From an uncultured Chloroflexia bacterium (GTDB taxonomy: Bacteria; Chloroflexota; Limnocylindria; Limnocylindrales; CSP1-4): DNA of 64,000 nt. The stretch lies in the NCBI GenBank assembly GCA_963707215.1, contig CAVPPB010000003.1:800001-864000 (forward strand), in the 5' to 3' direction. The notes under the pieces were generated by a model that saw only the letters and a list, made by a program, of their open reading frames with translations, had not been told where the DNA came from and did not search any database. Positions 1 to 9,446 of this stretch are shown here, one piece after another (position 1 is the stretch's first letter; each line of letters begins with the position of its first letter). Both the position numbers and the translations under genes were made by a program.

Positions 1-910
1 GCGTCGTCGGCGGCCAGCCAGGTCCGCGGCGGCGGCAGGAGGTCCGGGAAGTAGGTGGCGGCGTCATGACCGTTCCGCGTGTAGAGGCGGACCTTGCCCT
101 CGTCGACGACCGCCTGGACCCGGTAGCCGTCCCACTTGATCTCGAACAGCCAGTCCTCGTCGTCGAAGGGCCGGTCCGACAGCGTCGCCAGCATCGGCTC
201 CACGAAGCGCGGCGGCCCGCCGGCGGGCTCGGCGGCCGTCAGATCGATCCCGGCCACCGGCGCCGGGGCATCGCTGATCCAGTAGGCGTCGCGATCGGCC
301 TTGACCTCGTCGTTGGTCCTGCCCGTCTTGACGCTCCGGGGGTGGTCCTCGGTGTCCCACCCGGCGACCGCGTGCTCGTCGCGCTTCTTGATGAGGAGCC
401 ACTGCTCGCCCTCGTCGCCCTCGAAGGCCCGGGTCGGGGGGAATCCTTTGCCCCCCGGGCCCGGTCGGCCTTGCGCGGTCGGCCGCTGGTCCGGACGATC
501 GTGAAGCGGCCGGCGATCTTCTCGCCGGCCAGCCGGAACTTCAGCTCGCCGTCGCGGATGGCGGCGGCCGGGTCGGGCGTCTCGGCCTCCGGCTCCCAAG
601 TCCCCCAGTCCCAGACGATGACGTCGCCGGCGCCGTACTGACGGGCCGGGATGACGCCCTCGAAGTCGAGGTACTCGATGGGGTGGTCCTCGACGTGGAT
701 GGCCATCCGCCGCTCCGACGGATCCAGGGTGGGCCCCCGCGGCACGGCCCAGCTGACCAGGACGCCGTCGATCTCCAGCCGGACGTCGTAGTGGAGCCGG
801 GTTGCCCGGTGGCGCTGCACCACGAAGCGGCCCTCGCCGGTCCCGGGGGCACCGGCAGGCTCGGGCGTCTTCGCGAAGTCGCGCTTGCGGGCGTACTCCT
901 CGAGGGGCAT
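1..910 (-). CDS. ligD: NHEJ DNA ligase D (3'-phosphoesterase domain then ATP-dependent ligase domain); internal frameshift near 440-460; truncated by window edge
   Basis: Frame 1 has LEEYARKRDF..TPEP, FVVQRHRATRLHYDVRLE, SWAVPRGP, VEDHPIEY (LigD PE domain). The -1 frame continues QWLLIKKRD..SVKTGRT..PMLATL..WLFEIKWDGYR (KxDG ligase motif I) to position 1. Confidence 0.88.
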
Positions 911-1095
911 GCGGGGCAGTGTGCCGGGCTGTGCCTCGCGGCGCCAGCGGGCCAGCGGGCCGGCGACTGCAAGGCCGCCCAGGGGCGCCGAGGGAGGTGC
1001 GAGGAGCGGGGACCTCGAGCGTGAGTCGACTCAGGGCATAGTCGCATCGCCCACTGGCGGGCCCAGGCCACGCTCGGGCTGTGCTCAGGCCTTGC

Positions 1096-1488
1096 TCAGG
1101 CGGCTGACTCCCACGCCCGCCGGAGCCAACCGCGGACCTCGTCGTCGATCGTCGCGAGGTCGGGCAGCTCCAGATGGTGCATCCAGCGGCCGCGCGCGGG
1201 CTCCACGATCTCCTTGAAGCGTCTCGACTCGATCCGTTCGCGGAGGCCGATCGAGAGGACGACCTCGACGTCCGGCATGTCGAGCCAGCGGCCAGGCAGC
1301 CAGAGCCAGGCGAACCCGACCCGCCGCTGGAAGACCACCTGACTGCGGGTCACGCCGACCTCGACCGACTCGCAACAGTCGAGGGCGTCGACGACCGCCC
1401 GGTACGCGGGAATGCCCAGACCGGACTCGCCGAAGAAGGCCGAGACTCCTGGCGGCACCACGCGATCCCCGGAACCCATCCGCCTCAT
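1096..1488 (-). CDS. DUF5655-like small protein
   Basis: C-terminal part of ORF 1096..1974: TRSQVVF.RRVGFAWLW..RFKEIVEP..GRWMHHLEL..IDDEVRGWL..AW. Start ATG 1488 or 1479. Confidence 0.7.
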   Translation of the reverse strand: MRRMGSGDRVVPPGVSAFFGESGLGIPAYRAVVDALDCCESVEVGVTRSQVVFQRRVGFAWLWLPGRWLDMPDVEVVLSIGLRERIESRRFKEIVEPARGRWMHHLELPDLATIDDEVRGWLRRAWESAA

Positions 1489-1527
1489 CGTCTCGCGCCC
1501 GTCCAGCTCGTCGGCCAGAATGCCGCG

Positions 1528-2553
1528 GTGACCCCCTTCTTCGACCTCTCGACCCGGGGCCGCGCGCGGCGACTCCGCCGGCTCGCCCGGCGCGCCCTGG
1601 AGGCCTACCCGGTCGACGTCGCCGCGATCCGGATGCTGACGATCGAGACGAACGGCATCTTCCGCGTCGACGCGGTCGGCGGCCAGCGCTTCGTCCTGAG
1701 GATCGGGCGGGCGGGCAACATCGGGCACTCGACGGCCCAGGTCCGCTCCGAGACCGAGTGGCTGGCCGCCCTGGGCCGCGACACGGACCTTCGCGTGCCG
1801 GAGCCGGTGGAGAGCCGCCAGGGCGAGCACGTCACGACGGTCGAGGCCGACGGCGTCCCGGAGCCCCGCGACTGCGTCCTCTTCCGCTGGCTGCCCGGCC
1901 GGCAGCTCGACCGAGACCTCGACACACTCGCGATGCGAGCGTACGGGGCCCTCGCTGTGCGACTCCACGAGCACGCCGCCGCGTTCCGGCCCTCAGCCGC
2001 GTTCGAGATCGTGCGCTACGACCGGGTCTTCCCGTTCGAGGAGCCGGTGGTGCTGCTTGATCCGGAGCGTTCGACGTTCGCGACCCAGGCCCAGCGCGAG
2101 GTCTTCGCCGCCGGGGTCGAGCTCGTGTCGCGGGCCATCGGGGACCTTCGGCGGCGCGAGCCGATGCGGGTCATCCACGGCGACCTGCACCGCTGGAACG
2201 TGCTGGCGGAGCCGCGTCGCGGCGGCAGGGAGCCCACCGTCGGTGCCATCGACTTCGAGGACCTCATGTGGGGCTGGCCGGTCCAGGACCTGGCGATCGC
2301 GCTCTACTACCTGCACGAGGAGCCCGCCTACCCGGCCATGCGGGAGGCGTTCCGGGCCGGCTACGAGAAGCTCCGCCCGTGGCCGGACGAGACCGGCGAC
2401 GAGATCGACACCTTCATCGCCGGCCGGGCCCTGGTCCTGGCCAACGACGTCGAGCTCCTCGAGGAACCCGAGGTCCGGGCCGAGGCTCCCGACCTCATGG
2501 ACCGGTTCGAGCGCCGGGTCCGCCGGGTGCTGGATCGCGCGTCGCGGGCCTAG
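1528..2553 (+). CDS. APH / homoserine kinase type II-like phosphotransferase
   Basis: IHGDLHRWNVL and AIDFED kinase motifs; GTG start 6 nt after CAGAAT. Confidence 0.85.
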   Translation: MTPFFDLSTRGRARRLRRLARRALEAYPVDVAAIRMLTIETNGIFRVDAVGGQRFVLRIGRAGNIGHSTAQVRSETEWLAALGRDTDLRVPEPVESRQGEHVTTVEADGVPEPRDCVLFRWLPGRQLDRDLDTLAMRAYGALAVRLHEHAAAFRPSAAFEIVRYDRVFPFEEPVVLLDPERSTFATQAQREVFAAGVELVSRAIGDLRRREPMRVIHGDLHRWNVLAEPRRGGREPTVGAIDFEDLMWGWPVQDLAIALYYLHEEPAYPAMREAFRAGYEKLRPWPDETGDEIDTFIAGRALVLANDVELLEEPEVRAEAPDLMDRFERRVRRVLDRASRA

Positions 2554-2694
2554 GACTGGCCCCGCTGACCTGGGACTCGACCCGCCGGCCGAACCCGCCA
2601 AGCCGGGCGATGACCGGCCATCGGCCTCTTGTCGGCGTACGGACCAGGGGACCAGACTTGGCCTGGGCTGCGACGGCAGCCTGGATGACACGCG

Positions 2695-4023
2695 ATGGCC
2701 TCGATCGGATCGCTCCGGGTCGGGCTCGTCTCGACCCGCCTCGCCGGCACCGACGGCGTCTCCCTGGAGACGGCGAAGTGGGCGACGGCGCTCGAGCGGA
2801 TGGGCCACCGGACCTTCTACTTCGCCGGCGAGTGCGACCGTCCGGAGGACCGCTCGCACGTGGCCCCGGAGGCGTCGCTCCAGCACCCCGACATCCTCGC
2901 CATCAACCAGGCCACGTTCGCCTGGCATGCCGCCGAGCCGACGATCGCCGAGGGCCGCGGGCAGGCGACCAGCGTCCGGCCGGCGGCCATCAGCGAACGG
3001 ATCCACGAGCTGCGAGCGCACCTCAAGGCCGAGCTCTACGCCTTCTGCCGGCGGTTCGACCTGGAGCTCCTGGTCGTCGAGAACGCCTCGGCCATCCCCC
3101 TCAACCTCCCGCTGGGCCTGGCCATCTCCGAGTTCGTCGCCGAGACCGGGATCCCGACGATCGCCCACCACCACGACCTGCCGTGGGAGCGCCAGCGGTT
3201 CCTGGTGAACAGCGTGGCCGACGTCATCGCGGCCGCCTTCCCGCCGGTGCACCCGACGATCCGCCACGTCGTCATCAACTCGATCCAGGCGCTCGAGCTG
3301 AGCTCGCGCCGCGGGGTCACCGCCCGGGTGATCCCCAACGTCATGGACTTCGACCGGCCCCCGGCGCCACCCAGCGCCGACCGGACAGCGTCCCTCCGGA
3401 CCGACCTCGGTCTCCGTGATGACGAGCTGCTGCTTCTCCAGCCGACCCGCATCGTCGCCCGCAAGGGGATCGAGGACGCCATCGAGTTCACCCGCCGTCT
3501 GGACCGACCGGCCTGCCTGGTCGTGTCGCATGCCTCGGGAGACGAGGGCGATGCCTACGAGCGCCGGATCCTCGACTACGCCGACCTGCTGGGGGTCCGG
3601 GTCGTCCTGGCCGGCGACCGGATCGTCATCGGGGACGGCGAATGGACGGACCCGCGGGCAGAGGCGCCCGGCCGGCACACCCTGGCCGACGCGTACGGGG
3701 CGGCCGACTTCGTGACCTACCCCTCGAAGTTCGAGGGATTCGGCAACGCTTTCCTGGAGGCCGTCTACCACCGCCGCCCGATCCTGGTGAACAACTACTC
3801 GACCTACGAGGTTGACCTTCGGCCGCGGGGCTTCCGGGTGGTCTGGTTCGACGAGTACATCGACGCCCGCACCCTGGAGGTCGCCCGGCGCCTGCTTGAC
3901 GAGCCCGCGACGGCGGCGGCCTGGGCCGAGCGCAACTACGAGGTCGGTCGGATGCACTTCTCCTTCACCGTGCTCGAGCGTCACCTGTCCGACCTGCTCG
4001 TCGACTGCTTCGGCGCCGGCTGA
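2695..4023 (+). CDS. GT4 glycosyltransferase, mannosylglucosylglycerate synthase (MggS)-like
   Basis: DGVSLETAKW..MGH, AHHHDLPWER, FPP..RHVVIN, IPNVMDF, QPTRIVARKGIE, PSKFEGFGNAFLEA. Confidence 0.85.
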   Translation: MASIGSLRVGLVSTRLAGTDGVSLETAKWATALERMGHRTFYFAGECDRPEDRSHVAPEASLQHPDILAINQATFAWHAAEPTIAEGRGQATSVRPAAISERIHELRAHLKAELYAFCRRFDLELLVVENASAIPLNLPLGLAISEFVAETGIPTIAHHHDLPWERQRFLVNSVADVIAAAFPPVHPTIRHVVINSIQALELSSRRGVTARVIPNVMDFDRPPAPPSADRTASLRTDLGLRDDELLLLQPTRIVARKGIEDAIEFTRRLDRPACLVVSHASGDEGDAYERRILDYADLLGVRVVLAGDRIVIGDGEWTDPRAEAPGRHTLADAYGAADFVTYPSKFEGFGNAFLEAVYHRRPILVNNYSTYEVDLRPRGFRVVWFDEYIDARTLEVARRLLDEPATAAAWAERNYEVGRMHFSFTVLERHLSDLLVDCFGAG

Positions 4024-4029
4024 TGTGCG

Positions 4030-5310
4030 ATGGCCACCCGGATCGCCCTGCTCCACTACTCCGTGCCACCCGTTGTGGGCGGCGTGGAGGCCGTCATCGG
4101 GGCGCACGCCCGCCTCCTTGCCGAGGCCGGCCACGAGGTCCGCCTCGTCGCCGGCCGGGGTCGCCGGCCGGAGCATCCGGCCATCGAGCTCGTCCGCATC
4201 CCGTTGGCCGACACCCGGCACCCGCGGGTCGTCCGGGCCCGCCGGGCTCTCGCCGGCGGAGAGGTCACGGCCGACTTCGATCTCCTCGTTCGCGAGCTGA
4301 CCGAGTCCCTCCGGTCGGCCCTCGACTGCTGCGACGCGCTGATCGCCCACAACGTCGCGACCTTCCACTTCAACCTCGCCCTCACCGCGGCGCTCGAGGC
4401 CGTGTCGCGACAGGATGGTGGACCGCCCCTCGTGACCTGGACCCACGACATCGCCGCGGCCGAGCCGTGGTACGTGGGCGAGCTCCACGCGGGCTGGCCG
4501 TGGGACCTCGTCCGGAGGCCGTGGCCGTCGGCGATCCCCGTCGCCGTCTCGAGGACCCGTCGCGACCAGCTGGTCGGCGTCATCGGGCTGCCGCTGGAGA
4601 CGGTCCGGGTCATCCCCAACGGCACGGACCCGGCAGGGCGCCTGGGCCTCCACCCGGCCACCCGTCGCCTGGCCGCGCACCTCGACCTGGGCGGGCCGGG
4701 ACCGATCCTCCTGGTGCCCAGTCGGATCACCCCGCGCAAGAACCTGGAGCTGGCGGTCCGTGTCCTCGCGCAGCTGGGCCGGCATGGCTCCGCGGCCCGC
4801 CTGGTGGTGACCGGGGCGCTCGACCCGCACGACCCCGGCTCGGTGGCCTACCTCGGTCGCCTCCGGGCGCTGGCCCTCGAGCTGGACGTCGAGACCCGGG
4901 TCACCTTCGTCTCGGCGGAGCTGGCCGGCGACGACTCCCCGGCGATCGTGCGGGATCTCTACGGGCTGGCGGATCTCCTCCTGCTGACCAGCCTCGACGA
5001 GGGGTTCGGGCTTCCGCTCATCGAGGCGGCAGTGACCCGGCTGCCGATCGTCTGCCCGGCCATCCCGGCCCTGGTCGAGCTGGCCCAGGGCGGTGCGACG
5101 TTCTTCGAGCCCGGTGCCTCGGCGACGTCGATCGCCGCGCTGGTCGAGGAGCGGCTGGCCGGCGACCCGGTCCACGGTCTCGCCGTCCGGGTCCGCACCG
5201 AGCTGGCCTGGCCGGTGGTCTTCCGCGAGCACATCGCGCCGCTGGTCGCCGAGGTCCTGGCCGGCACCGGCCGGCCTGCCGGACCACTCCTGACGCCGGC
5301 TACCCCTTGA
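4030..5310 (+). CDS. GT4 glycosyltransferase
   Basis: HYSVPPVVGGVE, PSRITPRKNLE, SLDEGFGLPLIEA; starts 6 nt after the first GT. Confidence 0.88.
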   Translation: MATRIALLHYSVPPVVGGVEAVIGAHARLLAEAGHEVRLVAGRGRRPEHPAIELVRIPLADTRHPRVVRARRALAGGEVTADFDLLVRELTESLRSALDCCDALIAHNVATFHFNLALTAALEAVSRQDGGPPLVTWTHDIAAAEPWYVGELHAGWPWDLVRRPWPSAIPVAVSRTRRDQLVGVIGLPLETVRVIPNGTDPAGRLGLHPATRRLAAHLDLGGPGPILLVPSRITPRKNLELAVRVLAQLGRHGSAARLVVTGALDPHDPGSVAYLGRLRALALELDVETRVTFVSAELAGDDSPAIVRDLYGLADLLLLTSLDEGFGLPLIEAAVTRLPIVCPAIPALVELAQGGATFFEPGASATSIAALVEERLAGDPVHGLAVRVRTELAWPVVFREHIAPLVAEVLAGTGRPAGPLLTPATP

Positions 5311-5351
5311 CAGCCGGCCTCGACCGGCCTATATATCGCCACACGATATAT
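5307..5351 (+). promoter_or_regulatory. Sigma70-type promoter TTGACA-N17-TATATA with overlapping inverted-repeat operator ATATATCG-N5-CGATATAT (likely PadR site)
   Basis: TTGACA 5307-5312, TATATA 5330-5335, perfect 8-bp AT-rich inverted repeat 5331-5351 upstream of the PadR gene. Confidence 0.8.
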
Positions 5352-5409
5352 CGCCAACCGTCACAGGGGCGCCCACGGACGCGCGGTCGCCTCGCCAAGT
5401 GGAGGAAGC

Positions 5410-5748
5410 ATGACGTCCGGCCTGTCCGATCTCGGTCGCTTCGCGGAGCCCTCGATCGCCATCCTCGTCTCGCTGAGCGATGGCCCCAAGCATGGCTACG
5501 CGATCATGGCCGACGTCGAGACGACGACCGGCCAGCCGCTGGGCCCGGGCACGCTCTACGCGGCGCTCGGGCGGCTCGAGCGGCGGGGGCTCATCGAGCC
5601 GCTGCCGGCCGAGGACCGACGGCGGCCGTACCGCCTGACCGGCCTGGGCGCCACGACCCTCCGCGCGCATCTCGACCAGCTCGATCAATTCGTCAAGACG
5701 GGGATCGTCCGCCTGGGGGGGTCGGCAGGGTTCGCCGGCATCCGGTGA
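5410..5748 (+). CDS. PadR family transcriptional regulator
   Basis: ILVSL.DGPKHGYAIM..GPGTLYAAL.RLE..GLI..RRRPYRLT; GGAGG RBS. Confidence 0.93.
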   Translation: MTSGLSDLGRFAEPSIAILVSLSDGPKHGYAIMADVETTTGQPLGPGTLYAALGRLERRGLIEPLPAEDRRRPYRLTGLGATTLRAHLDQLDQFVKTGIVRLGGSAGFAGIR

Positions 5749-5788
5749 ACCGCCGGTCCCGTCGGGACCACAGATCAAGGAGCGTCCC

Positions 5789-6112
5789 ATGCGTCGTCTC
5801 GTCCTCGCTCTCGGCCTGGCCGGTGCCCTCGCCGTCGCGACCGCCGGCTCGACCCTTGCCAGCCACACCCACGTCCGCATCCTGGGCAGCGGCCAGTGCG
5901 TGATCCTCGCCCCGGACGCCGGGGAGGAGGCCGTCCAGCTGCCGTTCGCCGACGGCTTCGTAGCCGATCGCCAGCACCCCCTCCACGTGCTCGTCCACCT
6001 CGGCCAGGCCGGCACCGGCCCCGACGGGGAGATGCGGGTCTGGGTCCAGGGCTCGGCCGGGGACCTGGCGAACTGCCAGGGCTACGTCAACGCCGCCGCG
6101 GACCGCGGCTGA
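5789..6112 (+). CDS. Small secreted protein, His-rich with two Cys
   Basis: Signal peptide MRRLVLALGLAGALAVATAGSTLA; AAGGAG RBS. Confidence 0.75.
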   Translation: MRRLVLALGLAGALAVATAGSTLASHTHVRILGSGQCVILAPDAGEEAVQLPFADGFVADRQHPLHVLVHLGQAGTGPDGEMRVWVQGSAGDLANCQGYVNAAADRG

Positions 6113-6113
6113 G

Positions 6114-6932
6114 GTGAGCGGGTCCCGGCCGCTGGGCCGCGACCCTGCCGGCGCCTCCGGGTCACCGGAGGCTGCCGGGCTCCACCCGCTCGTCCCGATC
6201 CTCCTGCGCCTGTACCCGCGGGGGTGGCGGACCCGCTACGAGAGCGAGTTCCTGGCCCTCCTCGCGGACGGCGCCCTCACGCCGTCGACCTTCCCGGACA
6301 TCGTGCTGGCCGCGCTCGATGCACGGCTCAGCGGTGAGTACCCGATCACGGAGGGCGACGGCAGAAAGGCTCGATTCCGCATGCCTGCTCGTACCGTGCC
6401 CCTCGCCATCGTGGCTGGCGGCGCCTTCATCACCGCATCCATCGCGTTTGCCTTCGCGCTCGACGACGGCGACTGGGAGTTCCCAGGAGCGCTGCTCCTG
6501 CTGGGGTTCCCGATCGGGTTCGTCGTCCTGGCCGGCGGCATCATCGGGCTGGCGCTGGGCGATCGGACCGCGGATCCCGTCCTGCGAGGCATGGGGGTCC
6601 TCGCCGCCCTCCTCGGCGCGGCGGTCGCCGCGGCGATGCTCGGGATGGCCTTCCTCGGCGACGGCTGGTGGTACGCCTGGTCGGGCCTGTACATCGCGTT
6701 CACGTTCGCGTCCGGCGGGTTCGGCCTCCGGCTGGCTATGCTCGACCGGAGCCGGCTGATCCCAGGGGCCATCCTGGTAGGTGGCATCGCCGTTGGACTC
6801 CTCGGGGTTGGGTCATTCGCCGGGATCGCCCTGCCCGACGGGCTCGAGCTCATCCTCACCCTGCCGCTGGTCGGCTGGATCGCCCTCGGGATCGCCGAGC
6901 TCATGCGGGATCGGATGGTCCCAGCCGGCTGA
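6114..6932 (+). CDS. PadR-associated multi-pass membrane protein
   Basis: N-terminal LLRLYPRGWRTRYESEFLALL motif typical of PadR partners; about 6 hydrophobic segments. Confidence 0.8.
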   Translation: MSGSRPLGRDPAGASGSPEAAGLHPLVPILLRLYPRGWRTRYESEFLALLADGALTPSTFPDIVLAALDARLSGEYPITEGDGRKARFRMPARTVPLAIVAGGAFITASIAFAFALDDGDWEFPGALLLLGFPIGFVVLAGGIIGLALGDRTADPVLRGMGVLAALLGAAVAAAMLGMAFLGDGWWYAWSGLYIAFTFASGGFGLRLAMLDRSRLIPGAILVGGIAVGLLGVGSFAGIALPDGLELILTLPLVGWIALGIAELMRDRMVPAG

Positions 6933-6958
6933 GGCCCGGTCACGGAGGCGCCGATCGC

Positions 6959-6999
6959 TCCGATGGCCGATCCCGGCGTCGCCGGCATCGGCCATCGGA
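6959..6999 (+). terminator. Strong hairpin after the PadR operon
   Basis: 13-bp stem TCCGATGGCCGAT/ATCGGCCATCGGA plus inner CCGGC/GCCGG; no U-tract. Confidence 0.55.
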
Positions 7000-7002
7000 C
7001 CC

Positions 7003-7031
7003 TTGCCGGGCCGCACCCCCCGGAACACACT
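7003..7031 (+). promoter_or_regulatory. Putative sigma70 promoter
   Basis: TTGCCG-N17-CACACT upstream of the gene at 7108. Confidence 0.45.
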
Positions 7032-7107
7032 GGAGCCGGGTCCGACGTCGGCCCCGTCGGTCGCCGTCGCGCAGACCCGGCGCGTGGGCACGCGCGAGGA
7101 GGCCGCC

Positions 7108-7734
7108 ATGACGACCACGAGGACACAGCGCGAGGGGATCGCCGAACGCCTGGACGTCCCGGTCGGCGATGTGCGAGCGGCCGAGGTCCAGGTCGAGTTC
7201 GGTGCCGGGCGCCTCGACATCGCCGCGGCCGAACCGGGCTTCCTCCTCCAGGGACGGTTCAACCCCGGAGCGCACTATCGCTTCGGTGCTGATCACGCGT
7301 ACGCCCTGATCCGACCCGACCCCGATACCTGGTACCGCTTCCGCGATTGGCACCTGCGCCTGGCCCGGGCGATCCCGACGCGTCTGCGCCTGGGCGGCGG
7401 GGTGAGCATCGCCGAGCTGGACCTGTCCGAGACGCGGGTCAACGACCTCCGCCTGGGCGGCGGGGTCGGGCGCACCAAGGTCGTCCTGCCGACCGCGGCC
7501 GGCCACGGGCACGTCCGCATCGAGGGCGGCATGGAATCGCTCGAGGTGGCGATCCCGGCCGGCGTGGAGGCCCGCATCCACACGCCGAGCCCGGCGCCGA
7601 ACCTGGTCTCCATCGACGAGCGACGCTTCCCCAAGGTCGCGCCCGGCCGCTGGCAGAGCGCCGGCTACGACGTCGCCATCCACCGTTTCGAGATCGAGGC
7701 GGAGATCGGCTTCGTGTCGCTGACCGTGCGCTGA
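7108..7734 (+). CDS. LiaF / DUF2154 / toast-rack-like beta-repeat protein
   Basis: Repeated LRLGGGV..LDLS..V.DLRLGGGVG..V.LP pattern, IPAGVEARI; GAGGAGG RBS. Confidence 0.7.
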   Translation: MTTTRTQREGIAERLDVPVGDVRAAEVQVEFGAGRLDIAAAEPGFLLQGRFNPGAHYRFGADHAYALIRPDPDTWYRFRDWHLRLARAIPTRLRLGGGVSIAELDLSETRVNDLRLGGGVGRTKVVLPTAAGHGHVRIEGGMESLEVAIPAGVEARIHTPSPAPNLVSIDERRFPKVAPGRWQSAGYDVAIHRFEIEAEIGFVSLTVR

Positions 7735-7755
7735 CGACGGCGCGCCTGGACGACA

Positions 7756-7792
7756 GGCGCAGGCGGAGCCCGGGCGCAGGCGGAGCCCGGGC
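7756..7792. repeat. 17-bp tandem duplication GGCGCAGGCGGAGCCCG (x2.2) between convergent genes
   Basis: Exact copies at 7756-7772 and 7773-7789. Confidence 0.85.
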
Positions 7793-8305
7793 TCAGACGG
7801 ACTCGACCTCGGTGCGGAGGTCGACCGCCCGGCGGATCGCATCGGCGACCGGCGAGTTCGCCTCGGCGGCCTCCAGGACCTCACGGATCGTGGCCTCGTC
7901 GGCGCCCTCGGCGCCGATACGGATCTTCGTGCGGACCACGACGGGCCCGGGCGAGACGCCGTCCATGCCGAACAGGCCGCGGTCGTCGGAGTCGCTCTCT
8001 ACCTCCACCTCGAGGGTGGTCAGCTCGACGCCTCGACGAGCGGCCTCCATCGCGATGACCGTCGCGTCGCAGGTCGCGAGGGCGGCCCGCAGCAGCCAGC
8101 CGGGCGACGGGGCACTACCGTCACCACCGACGGCCGGGGCCATGTCCGTGACGGCCTCCTGGCCGCGGGGCCCGGTCGCCCGGAAGCGGAGTGCCCCGTC
8201 GCGGACGGCCACGGCCGGCGGATCGGTGGTCGGGCCCTCGTCAGGGTTCGCCTCGAGGTAGGCGATCACGCCCTCCATGGAACCCCGGATCCGAGCGGTC
8301 GTCAT
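7793..8305 (-). CDS. OsmC family protein
   Basis: DMAPAVGGDGSAPSPGWLLRAALATC..SPVADAIR; GAGGGAGG RBS. Confidence 0.85.
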   Translation of the reverse strand: MTTARIRGSMEGVIAYLEANPDEGPTTDPPAVAVRDGALRFRATGPRGQEAVTDMAPAVGGDGSAPSPGWLLRAALATCDATVIAMEAARRGVELTTLEVEVESDSDDRGLFGMDGVSPGPVVVRTKIRIGAEGADEATIREVLEAAEANSPVADAIRRAVDLRTEVESV

Positions 8306-8316
8306 CGGTCCCTCCC

Positions 8317-9279
8317 TCAGGCGGACTTGCGCCTCCGGGACCTCGCCCCGGCCGCTTCGGCCTCCTCGGCTGCCTCCGGCTCCTGCCCGGGTGCCTCGGC
8401 GTCGGCTGCCGCGGCCTTCCGGCGGCCCGCGGCCCGCCGCTTCGCGTCGGCCACCGGGACCGGCGCCTCCGGAGAGGCATCCCGGGCCGCGGCGGCGGCC
8501 TTGACGCTCGCCTCGAGGGCGGCCATGAGATCGATGAGCGCTCCGCCCGCTTCCGCCTCGGGCGCCTCGACGACCTCGCGACCCTCGATCTTCGACTCGA
8601 TGACGCCCCGCAGCGCCTCCTGGTACTCGTCGCGGTACTGCGCCGGATCGAACTCGCCGGTCATCGCCTCGACGAGCTGGGCGGCCATCAGCTTCTCGGC
8701 CGGCTTGAATTCGTAGGTCTCGTCGCCGAGGTCGAGCTCACCGACCGACCGGATCTCGTCCGGCCAGTGGAGCGTCGTGAGGAGCATCGTCCCCTCGAAC
8801 GGGTCGAGCGCGGCGAGCGCCTCGCGATCCTTGATGACGACCTTGCAGACCGCGGTGAGGCCACGCTCGGCGAGGACCTCGCGCAGGAGCATGAAGGCCT
8901 TGCGGCCGATCTTGTCGGGCTCGACGTAGTAGGCCTGCTTGACGAAACGGGTCTGGGCGGTGCCGTCCTCCGCCTCCGCTCGGGGGACGAACTGCTCGAT
9001 CTCGATCGAGCGGACCGTCTTGAGCGGGACGTGCTCCAGGTCGTCGTCGGTGATGACCACGTACTCACCGGGCGCGTACTCGTAGCCGCGGACCGTGTCG
9101 GAGCGCGAGATGATCGCTTCGTCGACCGGGCACCAGACCTTCATCTGGATCCGGCTCAGGTCATCCTCGTGGAGGAGGTTGAAGCTGATCGTGCTCTTCA
9201 ATTCGGTCGCCACGTAGAGCTTGACCGGGATGGTCACGAGGCCGAACTGGATGGCCCCCTTCCACATCGCGCGCGCCAT
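8317..9279 (-). CDS. ku: NHEJ protein Ku
   Basis: MARAMWKGAIQFGLVTIPVKLY, V.GYEY, IEIEQFVP, FDP.QY.DEY, DLMAALEASV, basic C-terminal tail. Confidence 0.96.
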   Translation of the reverse strand: MARAMWKGAIQFGLVTIPVKLYVATELKSTISFNLLHEDDLSRIQMKVWCPVDEAIISRSDTVRGYEYAPGEYVVITDDDLEHVPLKTVRSIEIEQFVPRAEAEDGTAQTRFVKQAYYVEPDKIGRKAFMLLREVLAERGLTAVCKVVIKDREALAALDPFEGTMLLTTLHWPDEIRSVGELDLGDETYEFKPAEKLMAAQLVEAMTGEFDPAQYRDEYQEALRGVIESKIEGREVVEAPEAEAGGALIDLMAALEASVKAAAAARDASPEAPVPVADAKRRAAGRRKAAAADAEAPGQEPEAAEEAEAAGARSRRRKSA

Positions 9280-9446
9280 GGCGTGGGTCCTCGATGCTCC
9301 GGCCGGCGGGGGCCCTTTCCCGGTGACCTGTCCCGCGGAGCCGGGGACGGTCACGGTAGCACGGGATGGCAAGACATCCGTCGGCGCAGGATCCGGCGGC
9401 AGGTGCCTTGACGGGGCATGATTCGGGGCATGAGGACGGCCCGGAC

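Noticed and set aside
436-458. Classical programmed -1 ribosomal frameshift in ligD
   Set aside because: No in-frame X XXY YYZ heptamer with a properly spaced downstream stimulator; kept only as an unexplained frameshift
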